DNA from: Ostreococcus lucimarinus
Taxonomy: Eukaryota
DNA length: 64,000 nt
Direction: 5' to 3' (one strand)
Assembly (NCBI GenBank): GCA_000092065.1
Contig: CP000592.1
The notes beneath the pieces are model-generated. The model was not told the DNA's origin. It saw only the letters and a program-made list of their open reading frames with translations, and searched no databases. The position numbers and the translations under genes were made by a program. Of this stretch, positions 30,351 through 39,987 are shown piece after piece (the stretch's first letter is position 1; every line of letters starts with the position of its first letter).

Positions 30351-31580
30351 CTACGTTCTACGCATCGGTTCGGCGTCGAGAGGACAGCTTAAAGATTGAT
30401 TGGATTGACCCGTAACGCGAATACCGCCGCGCATCGGTCCGGGCTCGACGGTGCCGAAGCGTTCCGCGAATATTTCGGGAAGCGGCATGGCGCCGACGCG
30501 CTCGTTCGGGGAAACCCACATTCGGACGAGGTGCCTCGGCTCGGCGCCTTCGTTTTTGAAGGCGCTTCGAGCGTGTAAAGTGGTGTGATTATGAAGCCAT
30601 TGAATATCACCCGGTTCAAGGGTCATGTCCAGACGCAATTCGTCCGAACACGCGAGCGCGTCCAAATGATCGAGCGCCGCGGTTTGCGTTTTACTCAACT
30701 CAACGCCCGTCAGCGCCACCGCGGAGTTGATGAATGAACGGTCGTATATTGCCGCGCACCTGCCTTCGTGCGCGTGAAAAATAGGTATTTTATACGTCGC
30801 TTCCTTGCCGACCGGAACTTCTCCTTTGCGCGAGACGACGAACTCTTTTTGAAGCGTGGCCGCGCTTTCTGGAAAGCGCTCGACGAGAGCGTTCCAAATC
30901 GCCACCGAAGACGTCACCTGACTGTGCCCCCCTTCCGTCGCTTGACTCAGACAAAGTAATCCCACGATATCCGCAGAATCAGTGTGATACGGTTGCGCTG
31001 CACTCGTCGTGTATAAACGCGTGAGCGGATCGTTCGGATCGCCCCCAAGGTCTTTCACGTGGCCCACGACGTGCCCCAGTTTGTTTTGCGGCACGCACGT
31101 GCCCATGTACCGACCCATGGCGTAAAACGCCGCGCAGCGCTCCCAACTAGAATATCTATGCACGGGAAAATTTCGCATCAGGGCAAAACCTCGCCCGTGG
31201 ACGAGCTCTCGTCCCATGTCTTCGAGCGTCGGCCCGAGCGTCGGCAGAGAAAAGTTTTCTGGACCGAGTTCGACGATTTCCCGCACCCCGTTCGCCTTGG
31301 TGCGCGCTAAGGCGTCGTCAATCTCCCGCACGTGTTCATGCGAAAGCTCAATCGTCCACTCGTACGACCGCTGCGCCATATCGGGCCCGCGCCACGCCCC
31401 ATCGAACGTTTCGAGTGCGCTCGCCGATGGTTCAGCTAACGCCGAGGCGCGACTTTCGAGGCGCCTACGCGCGAAACGCGATCGCGTCGGTGGTCTCGCG
31501 GCGACGAATGACGATGAATTACTTGTCGTCGTCGTCGTCGTCGTCCGCGCACACGAGCGCATATCGCACGCGACGCGCAT
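30351..31580 (-). CDS. TauD/TfdA-family Fe(II)/2-oxoglutarate dioxygenase, gamma-butyrobetaine-hydroxylase-like.
   Basis: QPYHTDSADIVGLLCL (the HxD motif), WLHNHTTLHARSAF (distal His/Arg). Confidence 0.7.
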   Translation of the reverse strand: MRVACDMRSCARTTTTTTTSNSSSFVAARPPTRSRFARRRLESRASALAEPSASALETFDGAWRGPDMAQRSYEWTIELSHEHVREIDDALARTKANGVREIVELGPENFSLPTLGPTLEDMGRELVHGRGFALMRNFPVHRYSSWERCAAFYAMGRYMGTCVPQNKLGHVVGHVKDLGGDPNDPLTRLYTTSAAQPYHTDSADIVGLLCLSQATEGGHSQVTSSVAIWNALVERFPESAATLQKEFVVSRKGEVPVGKEATYKIPIFHAHEGRCAAIYDRSFINSAVALTGVELSKTQTAALDHLDALACSDELRLDMTLEPGDIQWLHNHTTLHARSAFKNEGAEPRHLVRMWVSPNERVGAMPLPEIFAERFGTVEPGPMRGGIRVTGQSNQSLSCPLDAEPMRRT

Positions 31581-31801
31581 TCCTCAGTCGAGGGGCGGCG
31601 AGGCGCGCTCTGTCGACGGAACCGCGCGCGACGCGACGAGTCATTTCGACGAGCGGTGATTTAACCAAACAAATATCCATTTGTCACATTTGCACTAATT
31701 CCACTCACTACGCGGTTCTCTCGACGCACGTCGCCCATCGCGGTTCTAAACCGAGAGGCGCTACGCCTGTCCCAAACGCCCCAAAAGTCGACTGAACGAC
31801 C

Positions 31802-31999
31802 TTACGCCTCCGTCGCGACAGCGGTCGTGTAGATGTGCTGCTTGGAGTGAAGGACGAGCGGCTTGATCAAACCCTTCGCCAAAAGGATGGCGATACCCTT
31901 GCGCGCGAGGGAGCACGTGATGCGAAGGCGATCGCACAAGATGGAAATAGTAATCATCTTGTACTTCGGCACCTCGGCGAGGAGCTTGTCGTACGTGGA
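31802..31999 (-). CDS. RPS25: RPS25 exon 3 (STYDKLLAEVPKYKMITISILCDRLRITCSLARKGIAILLAKGLIKPLVLHSKQHIYTTAVATEA, then stop). Intron 2 is 32000..32223, 224 nt.
   Basis: CTGACTGA branch, CAG acceptor. The spliced 109-aa protein is colinear with eukaryotic eS25. Confidence 0.85.
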   Translation of the reverse strand, partial: STYDKLLAEVPKYKMITISILCDRLRITCSLARKGIAILLAKGLIKPLVLHSKQHIYTTAVATEA

Positions 32000-32223
32000 C
32001 TGCGAGATTTAAAGCGAACGCATCAGTCAGTCACGAGTTCGCGCGCCGCGTCAACGCGTCGTCATCCTCATTGCGATCCTTTGAGCGCGCATCGTTCGTC
32101 GTCACCGCGCGTCGCCCTCGTTCAAAGACGTCCCGCGCGCGCGCCGCGCCGCGCCTAGGGCTTGGTCCTCCGTCCCGCCGTCGCCCGCGCCTTCGTCCGA
32201 GCTTCACCGTCGATCGCACGCAC

Positions 32224-32280
32224 CTGTTCGAACAACACTTGGTTATTGGCCTTCTCCTTCATCTTCCCCTTGGACCATTT
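32224..32280 (-). CDS. RPS25: RPS25 exon 2 (KWSKGKMKEKANNQVLFEQ). Intron 1 is 32281..32554, 274 nt.
   Basis: TAG acceptor, GTGCGT donor. Matches the RPS25 pattern [20 protein letters not shown]. Confidence 0.85.
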
Positions 32281-32554
32281 CTATCGTTCGCGAACACGAT
32301 TCGTCGTCGTCGTCAGTCCTCCGTCCTCGCGTCGATCGCCCGCGCGCGCCCCGCGCCATCGTCGCGCCGCGCGCGTCGCCCTCGATCGCGCTCGATCGAG
32401 CGCGACGCCGGTCCCGGACGCATTAAAATCCCACCGCCGTCCGTTCGCCCGCCGATCGCCGCGCCGGCGCGTCCGCGCCGACGCCCCGCGACGCGCGCGT
32501 CCCGTTCGTCTTTAGGGTCTCCGCGGATCGCGCCTCGCCGTCGCGCGCGCGCAC

Positions 32555-32629
32555 CTTGGCCTTCTTCTTCCCGCCGGCCATGGCCTTGGCGGCCTTGGCG
32601 GCCTTCGATTCGGGGGCTTTAGGCGGCAT
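32555..32629 (-). CDS. RPS25: 40S ribosomal protein S25, exon 1 ([25 protein letters not shown]).
   Basis: Start codon ATG 32629..32627. GTGCGC donor follows. Confidence 0.85.
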
Positions 32630-32881
32630 GTCTTCGCTCTACGTCCGTCGTGCGCGCGCGCGTGGGAAAGGCGGTTCGCGCGCGTCGCGCCTCGCCCGCG
32701 AGGCCGGCGCGGCCGATGGTTCGTGTTTGGTCTCGCGATCCGTCGATCGCGCGCGCGACGCTCGATCGTCGCCGCGTCGATCGCGCGCGGCGCGTCGACC
32801 TCGACGCGTCGATCGATCGACCGCATCGTCGATCGATCGACGACCCGCGCGTCGGTCGACGCGGCGTCGGCACCGCGCGAC

Positions 32882-32911
<30 letters not shown>

Positions 32912-32912
<1 letters not shown>

Positions 32913-34246
32913 TGGACGACGATCGCGGACGACGCGGGCGAGGACGACGACGACGACGAGGCGGCGTGCGAGGCGGTGACGCGCTGCGCGCGCTCGGCCT
33001 CGGGCTCGGACTCGTCGCGACGGGGGCGCGCGCGGCGCGACGCGCGGGCGCGTTTGAAACGACCGAAACGACCTCGACGATGGCCGATGCGTTTTGGACG
33101 GTGGCGACGAACGCGATCGAACGCGCGTGGGCGCCGAGAACGCAGAGCGCGACGGTGACGCCGCGCGATGCGTTCGGCGCGGCACGGGCGACGGCGACGG
33201 CGCGAGAGGTCGGTGAGGCGGACGCGGCGACGCTCGCGCGTCGGTTTGAGCGCTGGTGCGTCGAACACGGAGTGGAGGAATATCTGCGAGACGGAGAGGA
33301 GTACGCGAAGCGATTGGCGATTTTCGTGGAGAACGCGGCGTTTGTGGTGGAGCACAACGCCAAGTACGTTTTGGGAGAGATTTCGCATTGGGTGGCGTTG
33401 AACGCCCTCGCGGCGACGACGCGGGAGGAGTTCAAGCGCATGCTCGGGTACAAGCCCGAGTTGCGCGACGCGACGCAAACCGTCGGAGCCACGCGCGATG
33501 CGGACGAATACAAGGCGAACTGGAAGTATGCCAGCGTCGAGCCACTGGAAAACGTCGATTGGGTCGAACGCGGCGCCGTGACGGCGCCGAAGAACCAAGG
33601 ACAGTGCGGCTCGTGCTGGGCGTTTTCGACGACGGGCGCGATCGAGGGCATCAATCAAATTCGTACTGGCAGGCTCGTGTCGCTCTCTGAACAAGAGCTC
33701 GTGTCGTGTTCGACCCAGAACATGGCGTGCAACGGTGGACTCATGGATAACGCGTTCAAATGGGTGCAAAAGAACGGCGGAATTGACTCTGAATTTCAGT
33801 ACCCTTACGCCGCGGAGAAGCTCTCGTGCAACAAATTCAAGCTTCAACTCCACGTCGCCACCATCGACGGGTTCGAGGACGTACCTCCGGGAGATGAGAA
33901 AGAGCTCGAGAAAGCTGTGTCGCAACAACCTGTTAGCATCGCCATCGAGGCCGACACAAAAGCGTTTATGCTCTACCAAGGCGGCGTTTTCGATTCCAAA
34001 GAGTGCGGTTCTCAAGTCGATCACGGCGTTCTCGTCGTCGGTTACGGCTACGACGATCATCCCAACGCAACGGAAGCGACGCACCATCACCACAAAAACC
34101 ACCACAGGCACTTCTGGAAAGTCAAGAACTCGTGGGGCAATCAGTGGGGCGAAGGTGGTTTCATTCGCATGGCTCGACGAATCAGCGCTGAAACGGGTCA
34201 GTGCGGAATCACGACGGCACCATCCTTCCCGACGAAGAGCGCGTGA
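32912..34246 (+). CDS. Papain-family (cathepsin L-like) cysteine protease with a signal peptide, an I29 propeptide and a His-rich C-terminal insert.
   Basis: [12 protein letters not shown]...FVVEHNAKY (I29 domain), [17 protein letters not shown] (catalytic Cys), [11 protein letters not shown] (His), [15 protein letters not shown]. Insert: [17 protein letters not shown]. Confidence 0.85.
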
Positions 34247-34615
34247 TTTCTACTTTACAAAGACGATACGATTTTCATACTTGTACGATACGATTCTGTA
34301 AACTAAAACGATACCATACGTCGATGTTGTGATACAATTACGCTTTGATTCTTGCAAATTTCCTTCTAGGTTGTTCTATTTCCTTAGCTCGTAACGCCTA
34401 CAGTTCGTCAAATCGTCAGTCAAGCTGGTGAGATCGGTGCGTGATTTCTCCCAGCACATTCGCGGCACACGCGCGAGGAAGCTCAGAAGGATCCATTGGT
34501 ATTTACTAGTTTCACCGAGCTTGCTCTCACCGTAGTAGTGCGAAAACGAGCGCAATCATCATCGCTTCCTCGCGTTGGATCGATCTCAACGACGACGATG
34601 ACGACGACATCAGGA

Positions 34616-34685
34616 AAGGCTCAGTCCTATCGATCGTTTATCATGGGTAATCAGGATTAGCATGATTATAAGTCATCATCGCCTC
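34616..34685 (-). ncRNA. Candidate C/D-box snoRNA of about 70 nt, 105 nt downstream of the LSm1 stop on the same strand.
   Basis: Minus strand reads gaGGC-ATGATGA-cttataatcatgctaatc-CTGA-ttacccATGATAaacgatcgatagga-CTGA-GCCTT. The boxes are a canonical C box (AUGAUGA), D' (CUGA), a degenerate C' (AUGAUA) and D (CUGA). A 4-5 bp terminal stem (GAGGC/GCCTT) brings C and D together. Confidence 0.35.
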
Positions 34686-34789
34686 TGTTCCGTCTTCGTC
34701 GTCCTCGTCGTCGCCGTCGAGCGATCGTCGCGTCTTCAATCTCCACACGCACCTCTCGTCGTCCCATGCGCCCCCTTTGCGTTCGATCA

Positions 34790-35170
34790 TCACTCATCTA
34801 AAAAGTCCATTCGTTTCAAGATGTCTCCCTTCATCGCCTCCGCGGTCTGATCCGCCTCCCTCGCCCGTATGATCTCCGCGTTGTCCACCTCAATCAACCC
34901 TTCCGTGCCGTCCAAGTCCCCGTTCGCCCCGACGTCGCCCATGAGCACGACGTTCTCGCCTCGCACGATGTACAATCCGAGTGGGATATCGCTGAACATC
35001 TTTCCGACGATGATGCGCTCGACCGCGCTCTCGAGGACGATGTTTGCGAATTGGTCGAACGATCGCAGCGTGCCGATGATGTTCGAGCCGTCGCGCAGCG
35101 CGACGAGCAGGCGCTTGTCCAGGTTCTCCACCAGGCTCGCCACCGCGCTGAGATGCCACGTGTCCGTCAT
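34790..35170 (-). CDS. LSM1: U6 snRNA-associated Sm-like protein LSm1.
   Basis: LLVALRDGSNIIGTLRSFDQFANIVLESAVERIIVGKMFSDIPLGLYIVRGENVVLMG matches the LSm1 Sm1/Sm2 motifs. Confidence 0.85.
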   Translation of the reverse strand: MTDTWHLSAVASLVENLDKRLLVALRDGSNIIGTLRSFDQFANIVLESAVERIIVGKMFSDIPLGLYIVRGENVVLMGDVGANGDLDGTEGLIEVDNAEIIRAREADQTAEAMKGDILKRMDFLDE

Positions 35171-35266
35171 CGCGCGGCTCGTGCGCGCGGTCGCGAGGGA
35201 CGCGAGACGGAGCGCGAGATGCGTCGCGCGCGCGGGAGTGCGGCGCGACAGTGTCGCGCGCGCGTC

Positions 35267-35405
35267 ATGGACGACGCGCGACGGGGCGAGAACGAGGTCG
35301 AGGCGGGGACGAGGACGACGGTCGAGTACGATGACGCGTCGGACGGGGAGTCGTTCGGCGCGTTCGCGACGCCCGCGCGCGCGTTCGCGGATGGGACGAC
35401 GGAAA

Positions 35406-35448
<43 letters not shown>

Positions 35449-35992
35449 TTTCGGGGATTTCGCGACGCCGGCGACGACGATGAAAACGGTCACGACGCCG
35501 GTGATGCGTGACGAACCGCCGCCGACGCCGCCGCCGACGACGACGACGGGCGGTGGGGAGTTTGATTTGATTGCTTTGACGAACGAAGGCGAGTTCGCCG
35601 AGGCGGCGCGGCGGTTGTTGAAGAGAGGGAAGGCTCGATCGACGAACGACGGCGCCGAAAAGGAGTCGTTCGGCGGGTTAGGTACGGCAGCGGTCGTAGG
35701 CGATGGACGGTTCACGAAGGAGGCGTTCGATCGCTTTAGAGACAACGTCAAACGCGAGGCGAGCGCGGAGGCGTCTGCGTCCGAGGAGGACGAGGAAGAG
35801 ACGTCCGTGGATGACGCAGCACCGAGAGAAATCTTGGCAGAGTTTGATTTGATTTCTCTCGAGTCAGCACCGAAAGTCGCCGAGTCGACTCCGAGTATGG
35901 ATCCGTTCGCTGGATTTGGCGACATCGCCGTGGAGTCTCCATCGCCACCGCAAAACGCCGACAATGACGATGAATTTGGCGATTTTGTATAG
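35267..35992 (+). CDS. Acidic disordered protein with a D15 run and repeated [DE]FG[AD]F and clathrin-box-like motifs. Probably a clathrin/AP-1 accessory protein.
   Basis: SFGAFATP, DDDDFGDFATP, DPFAGFGDI and a C-terminal DEFGDFV. Also two EFDLI(A/S)L segments and (GAC)15 at 35408..35452. The first ATG not overlapping LSm1 is 35267. Confidence 0.45.
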
Positions 35993-36024
35993 ACATTAGA
36001 GCTGTTGTATGCTATAGTAGTGGA

Positions 36025-39000
36025 TTAGACTTTGACTGAGCGCAGCGCGAGAAGTTCATTGAGACACGTGGTATGCGCTTCCGTGAGATTCAACACTTCT
36101 CTTTCAACATTTGAGATGTCTTTTTTAATCTCTCGCAGCTCACGCGCATTCTCCAGCTCTTGTACCTTGAGCTTGTCGCGTAAATCTTCTGTGCCTTGAC
36201 CATTATTCACAACCTTGTCTAAATCTTCCAGAACGATGAGCTTTCCAAACTTTCGGATCTGAGTCTCAGAGTATTTGCGTTGCAGACTCTGAAATTCTTT
36301 CGCCTTAGCGGAACGTTGCGCGATGAGCGAGGAGTGCTCTCGCTTTAACTCCTGCTGCTGACGTTTCAATTTTAAGACTTCTGCATCCCACTCTACGACT
36401 TTATTCTCAAGTTCTGCTAAGCGAGTCTTGGAGAAAATAATCATGTCGTCCATGTCGCCTTGACTCGTCTCGACGCAGCTCACCGGCAACACGAATGCAG
36501 TCCTGAGCCCGTTCAAACTTTGCTGCTTTACCTTCTCAAAAGCATCCGCATCTCTCTCGAGTACCCGTACGTTTTCCTCCAAACTTCGCAACTTTTTCAG
36601 TGCGGCATCGTGAATCTTTTTCTTCCCATCCAATGCCCGTTGTATTTCAGTTATTGCGTCCATGGCTTCGATTCTTTGCAAACGAAGATCGCACACGCGC
36701 TCGTAGACAGCACTGTCGCAACCTTTTGGGCAAGTGTCGCCATTTTCTTCGTCTGACGACGAATAGTACGAATCATCGTCAAAATCAGAGTCTAAGTCGG
36801 AATCGGAGTCACCTTTGTCGCTCTTTTGTTCGGTTTTATTGACGACGCGTTTGTGGAAAACTTTGAGCAATGCCGCTCGCGGGACGCCTGGAATCATGAA
36901 TTTGTCAAATGTCGCCTCGATTTCCGCTTTTACTCCGTTCTGCCCCTCTAATTTGGTCTGTTGATCGTTTACGGCCGTCTGGGCATTTTCTACCGCCGCA
37001 CGAGCGGTTTCGACCTCTTCCTTTGCTTGCCGTTGAGCATTTTGCATTTCGGTGTTCTTCACGTCATATTCAGGCATGACGCTCAGCTCGCGATGCACTA
37101 CAATACGAAAAAGTTCAATGACTTTACTTCGCGCGATGATATCTGCTTTTAGATGGCATAGCGAGATAAGATCTTCATCGGTGACAGCGTCCTTCGCATC
37201 GATGCAATCAAACTCTCGATTGAACCGGCTCTGGTTGCCGCGTAGTTGACCATCGACATATCTCAATTCGGAAAGTTTACCCTCCGTCGTTAATTTGTCT
37301 TCAGGTGGTACACGTGAATCCGGAACGCAACGCAATGGAAACCCATCGCCAAGATTGTCGCGTTTCAACGCTTCGCTGTCGTCTGTTTGGTCTTTCAAAG
37401 GCTCTGCCTTCTCCAATTTTCTCAACTCTTCGTTCCTCCGTAATCTTTCGAAGCGCCGTCGAGCCTCTGAACTCATTTCAGAGCCTTCGATGCTCTGTCT
37501 TTCGTGCGCATTTTCACTTATGCAAGTATTTTGCACATGAACGACACGCATCTCTTGTTCGCATTCATGAACTGTCGCCTCTGCGACCGTAGTTGTCTGC
37601 CAATCACCCTCGCTTCCAGCGCGCAACGCAAAAGATGAGCACGTCAAAGCTTCGCTAGATGAATGAATCATACGAGGAAGGGCCATTATTTTGTCGTAAT
37701 AACTTTTTTGCAGTTGATTTGAGACAGATTCAGCACACATAACTGAGCTTTGAAGCTTGTCGTGAGTCGCTTTTAACCAGTGTACTGAATCCTCGCGAAT
37801 TCGGCGCATTTGTGTATCGTCTACGAGAAGTTCTGCGCCAGAGATTCGCATCTCTCGAGGAAGTTTTGCATTTTCTTCAATGATGACATTGAATTCATCT
37901 CGACAGAGCGCCACCAAGCTCGAGAGTCGTATAAGTGCTGCCGCTTCTTCCTCGCTCAATTCCTTCGCGCGTTCTCGCTGCAGTACCTCTTCGATGGACG
38001 CGCACTGTGCGGAGAGTGTGTCGATCGCTTCGACTTCTGGATAGATGCACAGCGCCTCGTCGATTGAAGAGTGTGTGTTTGATGGAGAAGCATCGCTTAA
38101 CGCGTGTACTTCAAAAGATCCCGATTTACAGATTTTAACGCAGTAAGAATTATCATACGTTATCGCGCTGAAAGATTCATCAACGGCGTTCTTGGTTTCT
38201 ACATCGGTGGTAATACGAGGAGTGACATCGATTTCGTACGAATCTTTACGAGACTCACCCAAGTCACGATGGACGGCAAAGCAGTGCATCTCGTCCTCGA
38301 TTTGAGCACCAAAAATACTTTCACCATCCCAAAATATCTTCTTCGGGCGAGCACTCAGGCGTATGAAACCAATTGGCTCAAATTGCAACGTCGATGCGAA
38401 GGAAGATGAACTGAAAATAAACACAGTATTATTAGCAGCAGCGATTGCCAAATACTCACCATCAGAACTCCATGTGAACTGCTCGACGGCATGCGCGTGT
38501 GGCTTGAGCGCGAGAGCCAAGCGCCAAGAGGACGTGTTTCTCACGAGAACGCGAACGACACCATCGGCAAATCCAACGACGATACATCTCCCATCTTCAT
38601 TGACATTCAAAGGTACGTTAGTAAGTGCCGTCGCCGAACAGCTGAACCGACTTTTGTAGAGAAACGCACGGGATAAATAATCATAGCAGTGCACTTCTCC
38701 GATATTGTCGCAAGTGATCAAGTGAGTACTGTTCAGCGAAGTCTCGCATGCAGTGATGACACCACTGTGCGCAGAAACAACAGGACGCTCCATATCATCA
38801 TCGTCCAAAGAACACACTAACCCTCGCCCGCTGTCTTGAATGAATAACTTATTTTCAAGCGCGCAAATGTGGCGGATATTGGCTCCATCGATTGAGCGCT
38901 CTGAGATGGGTTTCATACAAACCACCCCTTTGCTTTGCGACGATATGACGCGACGAATCTCGTCAATATTCCATTCTCGAACCCACCCATCATCGCCCGC

Positions 39001-39798
39001 CGTGAGAATCACTGAACCGTTGTTGATATAAATCATCGTCTCGATCGAACCGCCGTGGCAGTCTTCATCGTCGCTCGACGCGTTTGCTCGCATTATTTTG
39101 TACTGAACGCGCCCATCGACCCAGATTAGTAGAGCGCCATACTCTGTGCTCGTCAAAATCATATCATTAAAGGGTAACTCCAACACGCACGTGATATTGG
39201 ACAGAGGTTCGCCGTTGAACTTTCCAAGAGTACCTTGTAACTTCAATCCAGTAAACGTCTTGACCATCTGCCAAAACTGAATGTGACCAGCGCCGTGAGT
39301 GATCATTCGCTCCGAGTTAGCGCCTAGGAAGGATAAGTCAAACACTTCTTGTCCATACGCTTTGGCACGAAGGACTGTCTTTGCTGTCTTCCAGTCCCAC
39401 AAAGTGAGCCAATAGTCTGGGAGCCCACTCACGCTCGCGAGAAGCTGTCCGTCTGGAGAAAATTTTCCAGTCGAGTAACACGCCGCGGCGCCGCCGTGAA
39501 TCGTGTTTACGAGCTCAAGTGAAGGGTAACTATATATTGATATTCGGGGCGCCGCACCATTCTCGCCGATCGCAATGTGCGTGCCATCTCCATCCACGGC
39601 GACCAAGCCGATATTGCCCCCCTCCGCGCTCCGCAGGTACGTCTGCCTTTGTGTTTTCACGTCTCGCAAGGTCAAGAGATTTCCAACAGTGTACGCCACG
39701 ACTGAATCGCGTACTCGAGTCAAGTTGCCCCGTCGCTTGAAATCAAATCCAAAGCTGCACGCCAGGCAACCATGCTCGAGAGACTTATTTTTAGCCAT
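36025..39798 (-). CDS. Large WD40-repeat plus coiled-coil protein, 1257 aa, resembling cilia/flagella-associated protein CFAP43/CFAP44.
   Basis: N-terminal WD40 beta-propeller signatures (LTLWDW, ITHGAGHIQFWQ, LTAGDDGWVREWN) followed by about 500 aa of coiled coil. Single uninterrupted ORF at about 50% GC. Confidence 0.7.
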   Translation of the reverse strand: MAKNKSLEHGCLACSFGFDFKRRGNLTRVRDSVVAYTVGNLLTLRDVKTQRQTYLRSAEGGNIGLVAVDGDGTHIAIGENGAAPRISIYSYPSLELVNTIHGGAAACYSTGKFSPDGQLLASVSGLPDYWLTLWDWKTAKTVLRAKAYGQEVFDLSFLGANSERMITHGAGHIQFWQMVKTFTGLKLQGTLGKFNGEPLSNITCVLELPFNDMILTSTEYGALLIWVDGRVQYKIMRANASSDDEDCHGGSIETMIYINNGSVILTAGDDGWVREWNIDEIRRVISSQSKGVVCMKPISERSIDGANIRHICALENKLFIQDSGRGLVCSLDDDDMERPVVSAHSGVITACETSLNSTHLITCDNIGEVHCYDYLSRAFLYKSRFSCSATALTNVPLNVNEDGRCIVVGFADGVVRVLVRNTSSWRLALALKPHAHAVEQFTWSSDGEYLAIAAANNTVFIFSSSSFASTLQFEPIGFIRLSARPKKIFWDGESIFGAQIEDEMHCFAVHRDLGESRKDSYEIDVTPRITTDVETKNAVDESFSAITYDNSYCVKICKSGSFEVHALSDASPSNTHSSIDEALCIYPEVEAIDTLSAQCASIEEVLQRERAKELSEEEAAALIRLSSLVALCRDEFNVIIEENAKLPREMRISGAELLVDDTQMRRIREDSVHWLKATHDKLQSSVMCAESVSNQLQKSYYDKIMALPRMIHSSSEALTCSSFALRAGSEGDWQTTTVAEATVHECEQEMRVVHVQNTCISENAHERQSIEGSEMSSEARRRFERLRRNEELRKLEKAEPLKDQTDDSEALKRDNLGDGFPLRCVPDSRVPPEDKLTTEGKLSELRYVDGQLRGNQSRFNREFDCIDAKDAVTDEDLISLCHLKADIIARSKVIELFRIVVHRELSVMPEYDVKNTEMQNAQRQAKEEVETARAAVENAQTAVNDQQTKLEGQNGVKAEIEATFDKFMIPGVPRAALLKVFHKRVVNKTEQKSDKGDSDSDLDSDFDDDSYYSSSDEENGDTCPKGCDSAVYERVCDLRLQRIEAMDAITEIQRALDGKKKIHDAALKKLRSLEENVRVLERDADAFEKVKQQSLNGLRTAFVLPVSCVETSQGDMDDMIIFSKTRLAELENKVVEWDAEVLKLKRQQQELKREHSSLIAQRSAKAKEFQSLQRKYSETQIRKFGKLIVLEDLDKVVNNGQGTEDLRDKLKVQELENARELREIKKDISNVEREVLNLTEAHTTCLNELLALRSVKV

Positions 39799-39987
39799 AA
39801 CTTGAGAGGTGCGAGCAAACTCTGTTCAAGACTCACACGGGGCGATGCGATCCGTACGCGCGCGTGAGTGTATCGTGTGTGCGCGCGCGCGTTTGCTGTC
39901 ACTACTTCTTTTGCGCCACGTACGGCGTCGTCGAGTGCAGAATCATTTATGCTTGTATTACAAAATAACCGACGTCGGCTCGGGCGC

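Noticed and set aside
34640-34700. A GATTAGCATG 10-mer identical to the U6 snRNA core.
   Set aside because: Flanks do not match U6 (no ACAGAGA box, no 5' stem-loop or 3' U tract). The 10-mer is part of the snoRNA candidate's guide region instead.
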